64,000 bases of DNA from Candidatus Marinacidobacterales bacterium. GTDB taxonomy: Bacteria > Acidobacteriota > Vicinamibacteria > Marinacidobacterales > DATDRI01. The notes beneath the pieces are model-generated. The model had not been told where the DNA came from, did not search any database, and worked only from the letters and a program-made list of their open reading frames with translations. The stretch covers positions 3,424,001 through 3,488,000 of the forward strand of contig CBDCNP010000002.1 of assembly GCA_965219415.1 (NCBI GenBank), in the 5' to 3' direction. Below are positions 41,490-53,495 of this stretch, piece by piece (the first letter of the stretch is position 1; each line of letters opens with the position of its first letter). The translations under genes and the position numbers were made by a program.

Positions 41490-44400
41490 CTACCAGTCGT
41501 ATGCCAGTGACCCGATGACACTGATCCCCGGGCTCGAATACCGATCGATCACCGGGTCGTTCGCCTGGCGTCCCCGCACGTTCCACCACTCGAAGTACGT
41601 CGCGTCCGTCAGGTTGAGCAGACCAAGACGAAACGTGAGGGCCTCTGCGAGCGAGACGTGGCTCACCAGGTCGACGACCTGGTAGGCGTCCGGCGCGAAC
41701 TGGTTTTCATCAGGGGCACCCTGATACGACTCGACCAACCTGACCGACAGCTCCGCACCCCAACGGCCGGACGGTTGGAGGTACTGGATACCGAGCACGC
41801 CTTCGCTCGGCGCGATGGAACCAAGCGGCGTCTCGGCCGCGAGCGGCGGGACCGCAGCGTCCTTTGAGATCTCAACGCCGTCGATTCTCGCGTAGCTCCC
41901 GCGAATCATCACGCGGTTGGTCACGTACGCCTCGCCGCGCAGCTCGACACCCTTGATCTCGGCCTGTTCGAGGTTCCGGCTCTGGAATTCGAGCAGCCGG
42001 GTTCTTGGATTAAAACCGATCGTCGTCAGGTCGATGAAGTCATCGAACCGGTTCGAGAAGACGGTCACGCCGAAGCTCGCGCGGTCGAACGCGGTCCGCA
42101 CACCGACCTCGATGTTGTCGCTCGTCTCCGCCCTGAGCTTGGGATTGGGAAGCGTGACGTAGCCTCCCTGTGGGTTCGTGAAGCCGGTGTTGACGGTGCT
42201 GTATGGTGGCGCCCGGAACCCGCTGGCGTACTGCGCGTGGACGGTCACCACATCCGTCAATCGCGCCGACACACCAACTTTCGGCGACACGGCGCTGTAG
42301 GAGAAGTCGATCGGCTCCGGGTTCAGGCTTGCAAGAAAGATCGGGTCGCTCTGGTTGGCGTCGAGCGAGAAGTGATCGTAACGCACCCCCGGCACGAGCG
42401 TGACGCGGCCGAACTGGAGCTCCGCCTGGACGTACGTACCGGACTCGGCGACGTCGCTCTCGGGAAAGTACTTGGTCGGGAAGATCAGGCTGGTCGGCAC
42501 GGGCGCCGCCGTCCGAACGTTGAGCTCGCTCCGGTCGCGCAGGATGTCGAAGGTGTCGGTCTGGTAGCTGGCGCCGAACGTAACTAGTACACCGTTACTC
42601 GAACTACCCAGCCACTTCTGACCCCGAACCGATCCGCCGTAGCCAATCTGCTCGAAGTCGACCGTTTCGTGGCGCGTCGAATGAGTCGGCGGCCCGAAGC
42701 CGAACGTCATACGCTCACGATCGACGACCTGTAGTGTGTCGTTGTGCTGGCGGTAGATACGCCACGACAGTTGATCGAGACCGGCGCGGTCGACTAGCGT
42801 GTGATCGAGCGACAGGCGCTGGCGCCCCTGCGTGTCAACAGCAACCGAGTCCAACGTGTCATAAAGAAACGGGCCGAGCTGCGTCAATCCCATGTCCGAG
42901 AACCATGTCGTTTCGACATGGGTGTCGTAGACTTCCGCTGCCACGCGCCACATATTGCCGGGCGAGGCTGTGAAGACGAGCTTGCCCAGTAGTTGCGTGC
43001 CCCATACGTCTTGCGGATTCGCCGCGGTACGGGTGGCATCACGGGTTTTTACCGTTCCTTTATTAAAGACCTCGTTCCCGCGGTTGAAGCTGGCGAAGAG
43101 CAATGCTTGGAGCCGTTCGGTACCCCCGGCCAGAGTGAGGTTCCCACTGATATCCCCAGCGCGACCATTCCAGGTCGTCTTGGCGCCGATGTGGAACCGC
43201 CTGCCGCGGAGGTAGTCGCCCGGATCCTTGGTGAACAGCGACACCACGCCGCCGAGGGCGTCGCTGCCGTAAAGCGCCGAGTTGGCATTCCGCACGATCT
43301 CGACGGATTTCAACACATCGAGATCGAGCGCCATCTGATGCATGCTGAACGGCCCGAAGTCGAACTGCTCCGCTGTCTGAATGCCGTCCACCTGCGTCAT
43401 CACGCGATTCCTTCCGATGCCGCGGATGTTGAATCCGTTAAGACCAAGACGGGTCACATTGTTTTCGACGTACACCCCGGGTTCGTACTTGACGAGATCC
43501 GACAGGTTCTCGAATAGCCTCGCCTGAATGACCTCGCTGTCGACGACCGTCACCATGCCAGGGATCTCCCGTACTGGCGACGGCCGGAGCGTCGCGGTCA
43601 CGGTCACGGAATCGAAGAAAGTCGGCCAATCATCTGTCGACTGAGCAGCGTCGGTTTCGGCGGCAGCGCCCGGTTGGTCGGTCACCTGCCGATCGGTCGA
43701 CTGCCGGCTGGCTGCATCTTGCTGTGCCGATATATGCGCGACCTGGGACATGACCCAGTCAGCGATCCGGCTGTCCGGGAGCACGGGTCGACCGTCCCAG
43801 AGGTAATCCAATCCAGTGAGTACGTTGGGTACCTGGTCGACGACGCGTCCCGGCCCGAGCAGGAGCGGCACAACGACGACCCGCCCCGACGCTGCACGGT
43901 TGGCCACCGAGTGTCTGAGCTCCGAGAGCGCCTGGTCTTTGACCGGTGTGGGCGCATCATCTCGCAAGAGGCGGACGTCGACCTCCTTAAACGGAACGAG
44001 AGACCGGATTTGGACGCCAAGTTCTCGGATCACGTCCATCCACCGGTCTGCGTCTGCGACGCCGTTCGGCCCGTGTGCCACAATGACGAGGCTTTCCGTG
44101 GATGGGTCACGACTGAGCGCACGCGCTCGGTCGGACAAGATGTCAGCGAGGATCGGATCTGCATCAAGCGCCGGCGTGACGCCGACAACGTCAGCAGGCC
44201 CGTGCAGCGACGTGAGTTTCATCCGTTCGGAGCCCGGGTAATCGTCACGAAGGCGGCCAATGAAGCGGACCTGTTCGTAGTGCGAGCTGTAAGAAGATAC
44301 CAGGAGCGGCACGACGACAATCCGCTGGACACCAGCCACGACCAGTTCGTCGTACGCCTCCTGCGGTGTGCGGTTCTTCGCACCCATCAGGTACGCCACT

Positions 44401-44582
44401 TTAGATGGTATGTGTTGTTGAATAATCGTCACCACGGCCTCGACGTTGGCGTTCCACGCCGCCGTCGAGCCATGAGCCACGACCAACACGCCGAGTTGCT
44501 CATCAGCCGCCGCAGCGAGCGTCGAGCCGACGGGTGAGAGAAAGAGGATCGAGCACAATAGAAGCCGAGCGATATGAGTCAT
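41490..44582 (-). CDS. TonB-dependent heme/hemoglobin-type receptor with N-terminal CbiX-like domain
   Basis: Signal peptide; VLVVAHGS, VVPLLVSSYSSH, VIVAHGP; TonB box DSVTVTAT; plug YGSDALGGVV; FRAP and NPKL motifs; terminal Trp. Confidence 0.9.
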   Translation of the reverse strand: MTHIARLLLCSILFLSPVGSTLAAAADEQLGVLVVAHGSTAAWNANVEAVVTIIQQHIPSKVAYLMGAKNRTPQEAYDELVVAGVQRIVVVPLLVSSYSSHYEQVRFIGRLRDDYPGSERMKLTSLHGPADVVGVTPALDADPILADILSDRARALSRDPSTESLVIVAHGPNGVADADRWMDVIRELGVQIRSLVPFKEVDVRLLRDDAPTPVKDQALSELRHSVANRAASGRVVVVPLLLGPGRVVDQVPNVLTGLDYLWDGRPVLPDSRIADWVMSQVAHISAQQDAASRQSTDRQVTDQPGAAAETDAAQSTDDWPTFFDSVTVTATLRPSPVREIPGMVTVVDSEVIQARLFENLSDLVKYEPGVYVENNVTRLGLNGFNIRGIGRNRVMTQVDGIQTAEQFDFGPFSMHQMALDLDVLKSVEIVRNANSALYGSDALGGVVSLFTKDPGDYLRGRRFHIGAKTTWNGRAGDISGNLTLAGGTERLQALLFASFNRGNEVFNKGTVKTRDATRTAANPQDVWGTQLLGKLVFTASPGNMWRVAAEVYDTHVETTWFSDMGLTQLGPFLYDTLDSVAVDTQGRQRLSLDHTLVDRAGLDQLSWRIYRQHNDTLQVVDRERMTFGFGPPTHSTRHETVDFEQIGYGGSVRGQKWLGSSSNGVLVTFGASYQTDTFDILRDRSELNVRTAAPVPTSLIFPTKYFPESDVAESGTYVQAELQFGRVTLVPGVRYDHFSLDANQSDPIFLASLNPEPIDFSYSAVSPKVGVSARLTDVVTVHAQYASGFRAPPYSTVNTGFTNPQGGYVTLPNPKLRAETSDNIEVGVRTAFDRASFGVTVFSNRFDDFIDLTTIGFNPRTRLLEFQSRNLEQAEIKGVELRGEAYVTNRVMIRGSYARIDGVEISKDAAVPPLAAETPLGSIAPSEGVLGIQYLQPSGRWGAELSVRLVESYQGAPDENQFAPDAYQVVDLVSHVSLAEALTFRLGLLNLTDATYFEWWNVRGRQANDPVIDRYSSPGISVIGSLAYDW

Positions 44583-44693
44583 GGCACTCCTCTTAGTTGC
44601 GCGCCACACCCTCTCGCCGCTAAAATGCAGTGAGCGAGCGCTGTCGCGCGTCTTCACGTGTGATTAGGTCTTGTGGACCGTGCGTTCGTGCAA

Positions 44694-44732
44694 GCTCGCC
44701 GGGTGTGGCAACATCCGGCGAGCGTTTTTTTT
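44694..44732 (+). terminator. Intrinsic terminator, antisense to the receptor leader
   Basis: 13-bp stem gctcgccgggtgt / acatccggcgagc followed by T8. Confidence 0.75.
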
Positions 44733-44837
44733 GCCTCAGAGTTTAGAACACTTCATCAGCCTCTCCACCGTTCGTTTGTAACAGGCGACGTCTCTCTGTA
44801 GAACGTGTGCCGGCACCTGGAGCAACTGGAGAATGTT

Positions 44838-44895
44838 GAAACTGAATTTCATTACCACTTTCAGGATCCTATATCTGACTAAGTCCGTCGGTCAA
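44838..44895 (-). promoter_or_regulatory. Sigma-70-like promoter with Fur box
   Basis: Minus strand TTGACC-N18-TAGGAT (44895-44866); GGTAATGAAATTCAGTTTC (44856-44838) matches 14/19 of GATAATGATAATCATTATC. Confidence 0.65.
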
Positions 44896-44903
44896 GTAAA
44901 ATC

Positions 44904-45069
44904 GGTGCTTCCGCCATTAAGTGTTGGTGAGATGACATTAAGATTTTACGGTGCATTAAGTTACAGGCAAAATAGCGCTCGTCACCTTCGCTGCGCGCTA
45001 AATAGAGCGTAAGCGACTCCTTTGCAATGGGATACGTACACATCACCAACAGTAAACAGCGCAAGCACC
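44904..45069. mobile_element. IS1-derived MITE
   Basis: Reverse-complement match to 4983-5148. Confidence 0.85.
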
Positions 45070-45806
45070 GACGGTCTGGACCTCGCCAGCCTGCGGCGGG
45101 CCTGGGAGCAGACCTTTGGGTCCGCTCCGCCAAGCTCGCTCTCACGCGCTCTCCTGCGCCGCGTTCTTGCGTACGAACGCCAATGCCGGACCCATGGGGG
45201 GCATTCGGCCGCAACCCGACGCGCTCTGGCCGCCATGGCGAACGGCACACCAAAACACTCTGCTCCCGCAGGGTCCGTTTCTGCCGGCACCCATCTCATT
45301 CGTGAGTGGAATGGCCGCACCTACCAGGTCGAGGTACTCGATAACGGCTATCGGTTCGACGGCAAAACCTACCCGTCCCTCACCACCGTCACAAAGCGAA
45401 TCACCGGCACACACTGGTCAGGACCACGCTTTTTCGGTCTGACGCCCAAGCGCAAGGCCTGACATGACGAAAATCCGCTGCGCCATCTATACCCGAAAGA
45501 GCGCTGAAGAGGGTCTCGAACAGGATTTCAACTCCCTCGATGCACAGCGGGAGGCCTGCACCGCATATGTCGCGAGCCACAAGGCGGAGGACTGGGTGCT
45601 GCTGCCAACTGTCTACGAGGACGCGGGGATCTCGGGAGGAACCCTGGAGCGCCCGGGCCTACAGCGCTTGCTCGCCGACATCGATGCCGGTCTCGTCGAG
45701 CAGATTGTGGTCTACAAGGTCGACCGGCTGACCCGTTCCCTCTCCGACTTTGCGAAGCTCGTCGAACGGCTCGAGGCGGCCGGCGCGGTTTTTGTCTCGG
45801 TGACCC
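45070..45806 (+). pseudogene. DUF2924 + serine recombinase pair, truncated at both ends
   Basis: GTHLIREWNG...ITGTHWSGPRFFGL; RCAIYTRKS, VYKVDRLTRS; near-identical to 58590-59325. Confidence 0.88.
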
Positions 45807-45827
45807 CGTCCTGTGCCAAAACTCGGC

Positions 45828-45921
45828 TGTGATCCGCAAAAAAGAAAACCGGCCAGAAGCAGCCGACTATGGTAGGTCTAACCCGCGCAATCAACACCGG
45901 CTCGACTTCTTGCGGAGCACA
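45828..45921. mobile_element. Family F 94-bp MITE
   Basis: IRs tgtgatccgcaa / ttgcggagcaca; single ends also near 3501, 6687, 22784, 28847. Confidence 0.65.
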
Positions 45922-46266
45922 GGCCGTCTGGAGATGGTTTCAGTGTTCATGGGTTCTGACTCGGCGACCAAAATGGAAATCTCGGCCGATAGGGTATGGT
46001 AGCCAACCGAGGCCCGCACGTCGACCGTGCGGGCCTAGCCCAAAACCGGTGACGGGAGCAGCGCCAGCGCAAGCACCGCGACAAGGGCACTCAGGAAGCA
46101 TTCGTGTGTGTGGCATGGGGTACTCATTCCTGGCGAGACGCTACTGGCGACGGGCGAACCCCAGACTGAGCGAGAACCGGAGATTTGGCTCTAATTCACT
46201 GAGGCTTCCGGAGGAGCCAGTAGTGACCGACGCACTCAGAAACAATGCGCCCGTGGGGATCGCGGC

Positions 46267-47749
46267 GTGACGTCCAAGGCACCAGATGCGTCGTATGGCC
46301 TGCGCCAGCGGACCGGCTGGGTGGTTGGACCCACGGCCCTGCTGCTCACGCTGCTGCTGCCACCCCCGCCGGGTCTCAGCGTCGAAGGGTGGCTGACGGC
46401 TGGCGCTGCCATGCTGATGGCCACCTTCTGGATCGCCGAGTCGATCCCGATTCCGGCGACGGCGTTGCTGCCGCTCGTGCTGTTTCCCGCGCTCAGACTC
46501 GGGAACATTACCGAGACGGCAGCCCCGTTCGCCAACCCGATCATCTTCCTGCTCCTTGGCGGGTTCATCCTCGCGCTCGCGATGCAGCGGTGGAATCTCC
46601 ACCGTCGCGTGGCCATCGGACTGATCGGCATGCTCGGCACGAAGCCGTCGTCGATCATCGCGGGGTTCCTGTTGAGCTCGGCGCTCGTGAGCATGTGGGT
46701 CAGCAACACGGCGACATCGCTGATGATGCTGCCGATCGCCTTGTCGGTCGTGCAGTTACTGCCGGACCCGGCCCACCAGACGCGAGAGGTGCGGGGGTTC
46801 AGCACGGCGCTGCTCCTGTCCATCGCCTATGGTGCGACGACGGGAGGAATGGGCACGCTGATCGGCACCCCGCCAAACGCGCTCCTGGTTGGGTACATCG
46901 CGAATGTCTACGACGTGACCATCGGCTTCGGTCAGTGGATGTTGCTCGGCGTCCCGGTAGTGCTCGTCGCCCTACCCGCGGTGTACCTCGTGCTGACCAG
47001 AATCATGTTCACCCTCGATGCTCGCGAACTTCCGGGTATGGCCGACTTGATCACGGCTGAAAAGGCCGCGCAAGGTCGAATGGCCCGCGGAGAGCTCGCC
47101 GTGGCCGTGGTGTTCGTGCTGACGGCGGGCTGCTGGGTGTTCCGGCCGCTCATCGCCGGCGCCGTGCCACTGGTCACCGACACGACCATCGCGATGGCCG
47201 GCGCGCTCCTGCTCTTCATGGTCCCGGTGGACCTCCGAAGCGGCGACTTCGTGATGAACTGGGAGACCACCAAAAGAGCTGCCCTGGGGCGTGCTCCTGC
47301 TCTTCGGCGGAGGACTCAGCTTGGCAGGCAACATCGAGCGGCATGGCCTGGCGACCTATCTCGGCAACCTCGCGATGGGTCTCGGAGACGTGCCGTTGAT
47401 ATTCATGCTCTGCGCGATCTGCTTCGGGGTGCTGCTGCTGACCGAGTTGACGAGCAACACCGCCACCGCCGCCACGTTCCTGCCGATCGGCGGGGCGCTG
47501 GCGGTGAGCCTTGGTCACAACCCTCTGCTGCTCACGATTCCGATCGCGCTCGCGGCGAACAGCTCGTACATGCTTCCGGTTGGCACGCCCCCGAACGCGA
47601 TCATCTACGGCAGCGGCCTCATCACGCTGCCGCAGATGGCGAGGGCCGGGTTCCTGTTGAACATCTTGCTAGTTCCCATCGTGGTCGCGTTGCTGCTGCT
47701 TCTCGGGCCGATGATTTTCGGCATCGAGTTGGGCTTCGTACCTGACTGA
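46267..47749 (+). pseudogene. DASS/SLC13 sodium:dicarboxylate-sulfate symporter with one frameshift
   Basis: SMWVSNTAT, GTLIGTPPN, TELTSNTAT, LPVGTPPNAI; frame switch near 47280 (mutation or sequencing error). Confidence 0.88.
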
Positions 47750-47959
47750 GTGAGGTAGACATCGGTGGGAGACATCCACGATTCCTTTCTAAAACCCTCT
47801 CAGGGTGTCCTGGGCTGTTCTAGGGCCGTTCCAGGACGTTTCCTGGAGCGCGACCGGGCCAACCCTCTCTGGGGAGCTCCCCGCGTGCATGGCGAGCTGG
47901 CGAAGCTAGGCATCTCCATTTCCCAGGCCGCCGTCTCCAAGTATAGGGTTCGCCATCGC

Positions 47960-49158
47960 CGTGAGGTCAAAATACTCATGCGGCTTCCCGATGGTAGAAA
48001 CGTAGCAACCCGCCAAGCCGTTCACGGGAGCGCACCTTGCGCTCGGACTGAGGTAACTGGTCGCTGGCTGGGAACAGCAGCAGATTCTCCTTGCCTTGAT
48101 GATTCCTCTCATGATGATAGTAGACGACGTACTCCCTAAGCGCATGACGGAGCGACTTCTCGCCGAACAGGATGAGCTTCGAGAGACATTCCTCTTTGAC
48201 TGACTTCACCCAGCGCTCCGCGAACGAGTTCAAATCCGGGCTCCGTGCGGGCAGCTTGACGGGCGCGACGCCAACCGCCTCGATGGTCCGGTGGAACGAC
48301 TCGCAGAACTTCGAGTCCCGGTCGTGAATGAGGTATCGGCTCGATGACAGAAAGCCGACATCTGCCATGGTCACGTTGCGAGCCACTTGAGTCATCCACT
48401 GTTCGTTCGGATGCGGCGTGATGCCGGCGACGTGGACTCGACGGGTAGCCAGGTGCATGAAGAACAGAACGTAGTACGTCACCAACCCGCCCTGAGTCCA
48501 CACTTGCGTGGTGAAGAAATCTGTCGCCGCGAGCACGTCCATGTGCGAGCGGATGAATTCCCTCCACGTCGTGTTCTTCCGACGCTCTGGTGCGAGCGGA
48601 ATGCCGTGGCGTTTCAGAATGTTACCGACGGTTTGGTCGGCCACTTCATGCCCAACGTTGGCTAGCGCCCCTGCAATCCGGTCGTAACCCCAGGACTTGT
48701 TCTCCTTGGCGAGACGCACTACCAGCTCTTCGATGTCGGCGTCGATCCGCGGTCGCCCTGGATACGGACGGTTCTCGGAGCTGTCGAACTTCTTCGCGAC
48801 AAGCCTCCGGTGCCAACCTAGGATCGTGTCGGGGTTCACGATACTCGCGATCTCATCAAGGGCTTGCTTACCCAGACGCTTTCCGAGCTCGGCCAGAGAC
48901 CGCCGTTCGCCATCGGTCAGGCGCAAGCGACCCTGGAGATGATTTCGAAGAACTCGATTCTCGGCCACAAGATACTCGTTGCGCAGGAGCAATTCCTCAT
49001 CCACGGATCCTGAGATGTAGCTCAGCATGGTCTTCCAGTCCATCGCAACTCCTTCCGCTGAACTGGAATACGTATCCGACAGCGATGGCGGATTCAAGCG
49101 GCCTTTGGAAAGGTGCAAACTGCTGACCCGCTGGGCGTTCGAGTATTTTGACCAGACG
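47960..49158 (-). mobile_element. Family C IS481-like element, full length
   Basis: 1199 bp between IRs; transposase 47976-49043. Confidence 0.9.
47976..49043 (-). CDS. Integrase core (rve) DDE transposase, family C
   Basis: Near-identical to the other two copies. Confidence 0.93.
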   Translation of the reverse strand: MDWKTMLSYISGSVDEELLLRNEYLVAENRVLRNHLQGRLRLTDGERRSLAELGKRLGKQALDEIASIVNPDTILGWHRRLVAKKFDSSENRPYPGRPRIDADIEELVVRLAKENKSWGYDRIAGALANVGHEVADQTVGNILKRHGIPLAPERRKNTTWREFIRSHMDVLAATDFFTTQVWTQGGLVTYYVLFFMHLATRRVHVAGITPHPNEQWMTQVARNVTMADVGFLSSSRYLIHDRDSKFCESFHRTIEAVGVAPVKLPARSPDLNSFAERWVKSVKEECLSKLILFGEKSLRHALREYVVYYHHERNHQGKENLLLFPASDQLPQSERKVRSRERLGGLLRFYHREAA

Positions 49159-51656
49159 GGCTCGAGAAGATCGAGCATCGAGGTCCACTGCGAGAAGACG
49201 AGGGACTTGTGGCCCTCGGAAGCCGCGGTATCGAGGGAAGACATGAGCAGCTCGGTCTTGGACGACGTCGAAGCGCTCTGGCCCGGCACGAGAGCCGGGT
49301 GGCAGGCCGCTTGCCGCAACCGCAGAAGCGCCTCGAGCGCCGCGAGGACACCCCCTTTCGACTTGAGCTTCCGCAGCACGTCCCTTCGAGCCGCCAAACG
49401 CACGGTTTCGTAGACTTCTCTCTCGCTCGCCTCAAGCTCGGCATGGAGCGTAACCTCGGTTCGGGGTGGAAGCTCCGGAGCGACTTCACTCTTGAGCCGC
49501 CTCAGAAAGAACGGCCGGATGCGCTCGCGAAGACGCTCCAGGGGCTCTTCCTCTCCCCTCCCGATCGGACGCACGTATCGCTCCTCGAAATCGGAGAGTC
49601 CTCCGAGCAACCCGGGGGCGAGAAAGTGCATCTGGCTCCAGAGATCGACGAGGCGGTTCTCGATGGGAGTCCCCGTCAAGCTCACGCGAAACGCGGCGTC
49701 GAGCCTGTAAGCCGACTGGGCGAGCTGGCTCTCGGGATTCTTGATGGCTTGCCCCTCGTCGAGCACGACCACGTTCCAGGCGACGGATGAGAAGACCTCC
49801 CGGTCTTGGCGCAGGAGCGCGTGGCTCGTAATCGTCAAATCCGCCGCCGCGTCAAGCTTTCGATGCGGGCCGTGATAGAGCGAAACGGCTAGCTCAGGGC
49901 GAAACCGGCGCGCTTCGGAGATCCAGTTCGGAAGCACGCTGGTAGGCGCGGCGACGAGACTCCTCCCTTCGAGAGCGCAAAGAGCCTGGAGCGTCTTCCC
50001 CAACCCCATGTCGTCCGCTAGAAGCGCCCCGAGCCGCGCGTTTCGAAGAAAGACCAGCCAGTCGACACCAGTTCGCTGATAGTCTCGAAGCTTTTTCCGA
50101 AGCTCTTCCGCGAGGCGAGCTTCGGGCAGCCCTCCGAAATCCTTCGCCAGAACACTCAGCTCGTCGAAGCCCGCGGGGATCGGAGCATCGAGCGATTCCG
50201 CGAGGCGAGCGAGATCGGGGAGTGCGGCTCTGGGCAGCGCAGCTCTCGCCTCGCGTGCGGCGAGCAGATCGGCAACGCGAGCACCATGGACGTCGAGCCA
50301 GTCGAGCGGCAGCGGGGCGTAACCACCGCCCCAGAGTGCCACGAGCGAATGCCCCTCCCTGAAGGCCCGCATTACACCGCGCGGATCGGCCCTCTTGCCT
50401 GACGACTCGAAGGCGATCTCGAAGTCTTCGTCACCAATCGAGAGACGAGGCCTGAGCTCGGGATGCAAACGGAAAGCCTCGTAGTCCGTGCCTTCGATCG
50501 CTCCCTCGAAACGTTCGAGCTTCGTGACAAGCTCGATGGCTTCCTCTGTCGATAGTTCGAGGCCGCGGCCGGCGGGAATCCCGAGCGCCCAGGCCGCACG
50601 TTCCTCGGCGGCACGCTCCCCTGCCTCGTCCCGGAGCGGGACATCGCCGCCGAGAGAGACGAGTCTGCCATCTTCCACACGAGCTCTCGGTGGATCTCCG
50701 TAGACGATCCGAAGCAAGACATAGAGCCGATCGCCGTCGCGTCGGCAGAAAATCGAAGGGCGGGCTTGCTCGCGAGATTCGCCCGGGAGATTCCGCGTCC
50801 GGATTTCGAGCGCGACACGCTCTCGCAGAGATGGCAAGACTTCGCTCACGAGCGTTGCCACTTCGTCCGATCGGTAGACGCGCCCTCGAGTGAGCTCGTC
50901 CCGCTCGCGCCCCGTAAGACGCGGTTCAACCTCGGGACGTACCGCCTCACCTAGGAGAACGAGACCGTTCGCGAAGCGCTCGTCAAAAACGGGCTCCACG
51001 AGCCGCAGGACAAATCCACCCTCCGCGTCCTCGACACGCACGGAAGGCATGACGGGATTGGGATCCGCCACGACCCGTTTGCCGTCGAGAGTCACGGCGA
51101 CGCGAGAAAGAGCTCGCACGACGTCCGCCGCGACCTCGCGAGCAAGCACGTTCTCCCCAAAGTTGCCCTTAAGTGTTTTCTCGATCTTCAAATCCCGGGG
51201 TGTCGCATCGAACCGAGGTCCTCGGAAGGTCCCAGAGGCGATCCGGTCAAGGGGCATCTCGATCACATGAAAGCCGGCGTCGTCCGTCACCCCACGCGTG
51301 AGAGTGAGCCCCTGGGGTGACCTCGACAGATGATATTCAAGGTTTCGCGAGCCATTCTTGCCGAGCGTTCCTTGTCGTAGGGCAATGACGACGGCCGCCA
51401 CGTGCTCGCAGACAACGAGAGGGCTCTCGCAGTCGCACTCCCACTCCGAGTCCTCCGGGAACAGGGCAACGGTCGGAGTGAGCGGTGCCCCCTGTACGGC
51501 GACGCGTGCGAGGGTCTCGTCAACGTCCGACCTTTCGATCGTGACAGCTCCACGACGGGCGAGGGTCACCCCGATGGACCAAGCCTCTGGCGAGCAGCCT
51601 TCGCGGATGCGCGTGAAGAGCTCTGTCACCTCGTGGCCGCGAGCTTTTGGACCCAT
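49159..51656 (-). pseudogene. SWIM zinc finger SNF2 helicase, 3' truncated and in frame with the family C transposase
   Basis: CDC...CEH SWIM, LADDMGLGKT, LDEGQAIKN, LTGTPIENR, LVFSQW; motifs V-VI missing. Confidence 0.9.
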
Positions 51657-52002
51657 ATCACGGCGAGCCCGAAGCCAATATGTAGTCGATGATGGACTCC
51701 AGCACATCGACCCAACAGTTCGAGGCGTCGTGTCCATTGACGAAACGGCTCGGCGTGCCCACGAAGATGTCCCTGAACGTCAGGCACCACGTAGCCAGCC
51801 CAGCCTGCATCGCCACCAGAACTGCGTCTCTCAAAATCAAGCTCAAACTCTAGCACGCGAAGACGATAGCGGCCTGTTGGTCACGCTGGATCCAACCAGC
51901 GATGGCGACAACTAACAAGGTCAAGGGCTGGATCGGCGTGCTCATGACCGAGGATTCTAGCTCCTATTGGCCAACCAAGCGTAGACACGTTTATTCCGAA
52001 AC

Positions 52003-53327
<1,325 letters not shown>

Positions 53328-53481
53328 CAGCAACTCCCAAGCCACCCTTGACGAACTCCTACCTCTTGTGGTCTTTTCCTTCATGGCGGTGTCTCCTTCC
53401 GTAGGCCCTTTCAGGCCGTTTTTTGCGACGCGGATGGTTACTCCGCCTTTACTCCATTTCCACACCTTTTGAGGGTAGCTC
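53328..53481 (-). mobile_element. Probable IS256 family left end
   Basis: gagctaccctcaaaaggtgtggaa terminus, RBS aaggag, MKEKTT start truncated by IS1. Confidence 0.5.
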
Positions 53482-53495
53482 GGCGGAAGCATCAA

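Noticed and set aside
44583-44837. Cobalamin riboswitch upstream of the CbiX-receptor gene
   Set aside because: Only scattered fragments (gccac, aagacct); the conserved GGGAA core and B12-box are not recognisable, and a Fur box fits better. An Rfam scan would settle it
47270-47295. Programmed frameshift in the DASS transporter
   Set aside because: No convincing slippery site; similar single indels occur in the CBS, DAO and aminotransferase genes, consistent with decay or sequencing error
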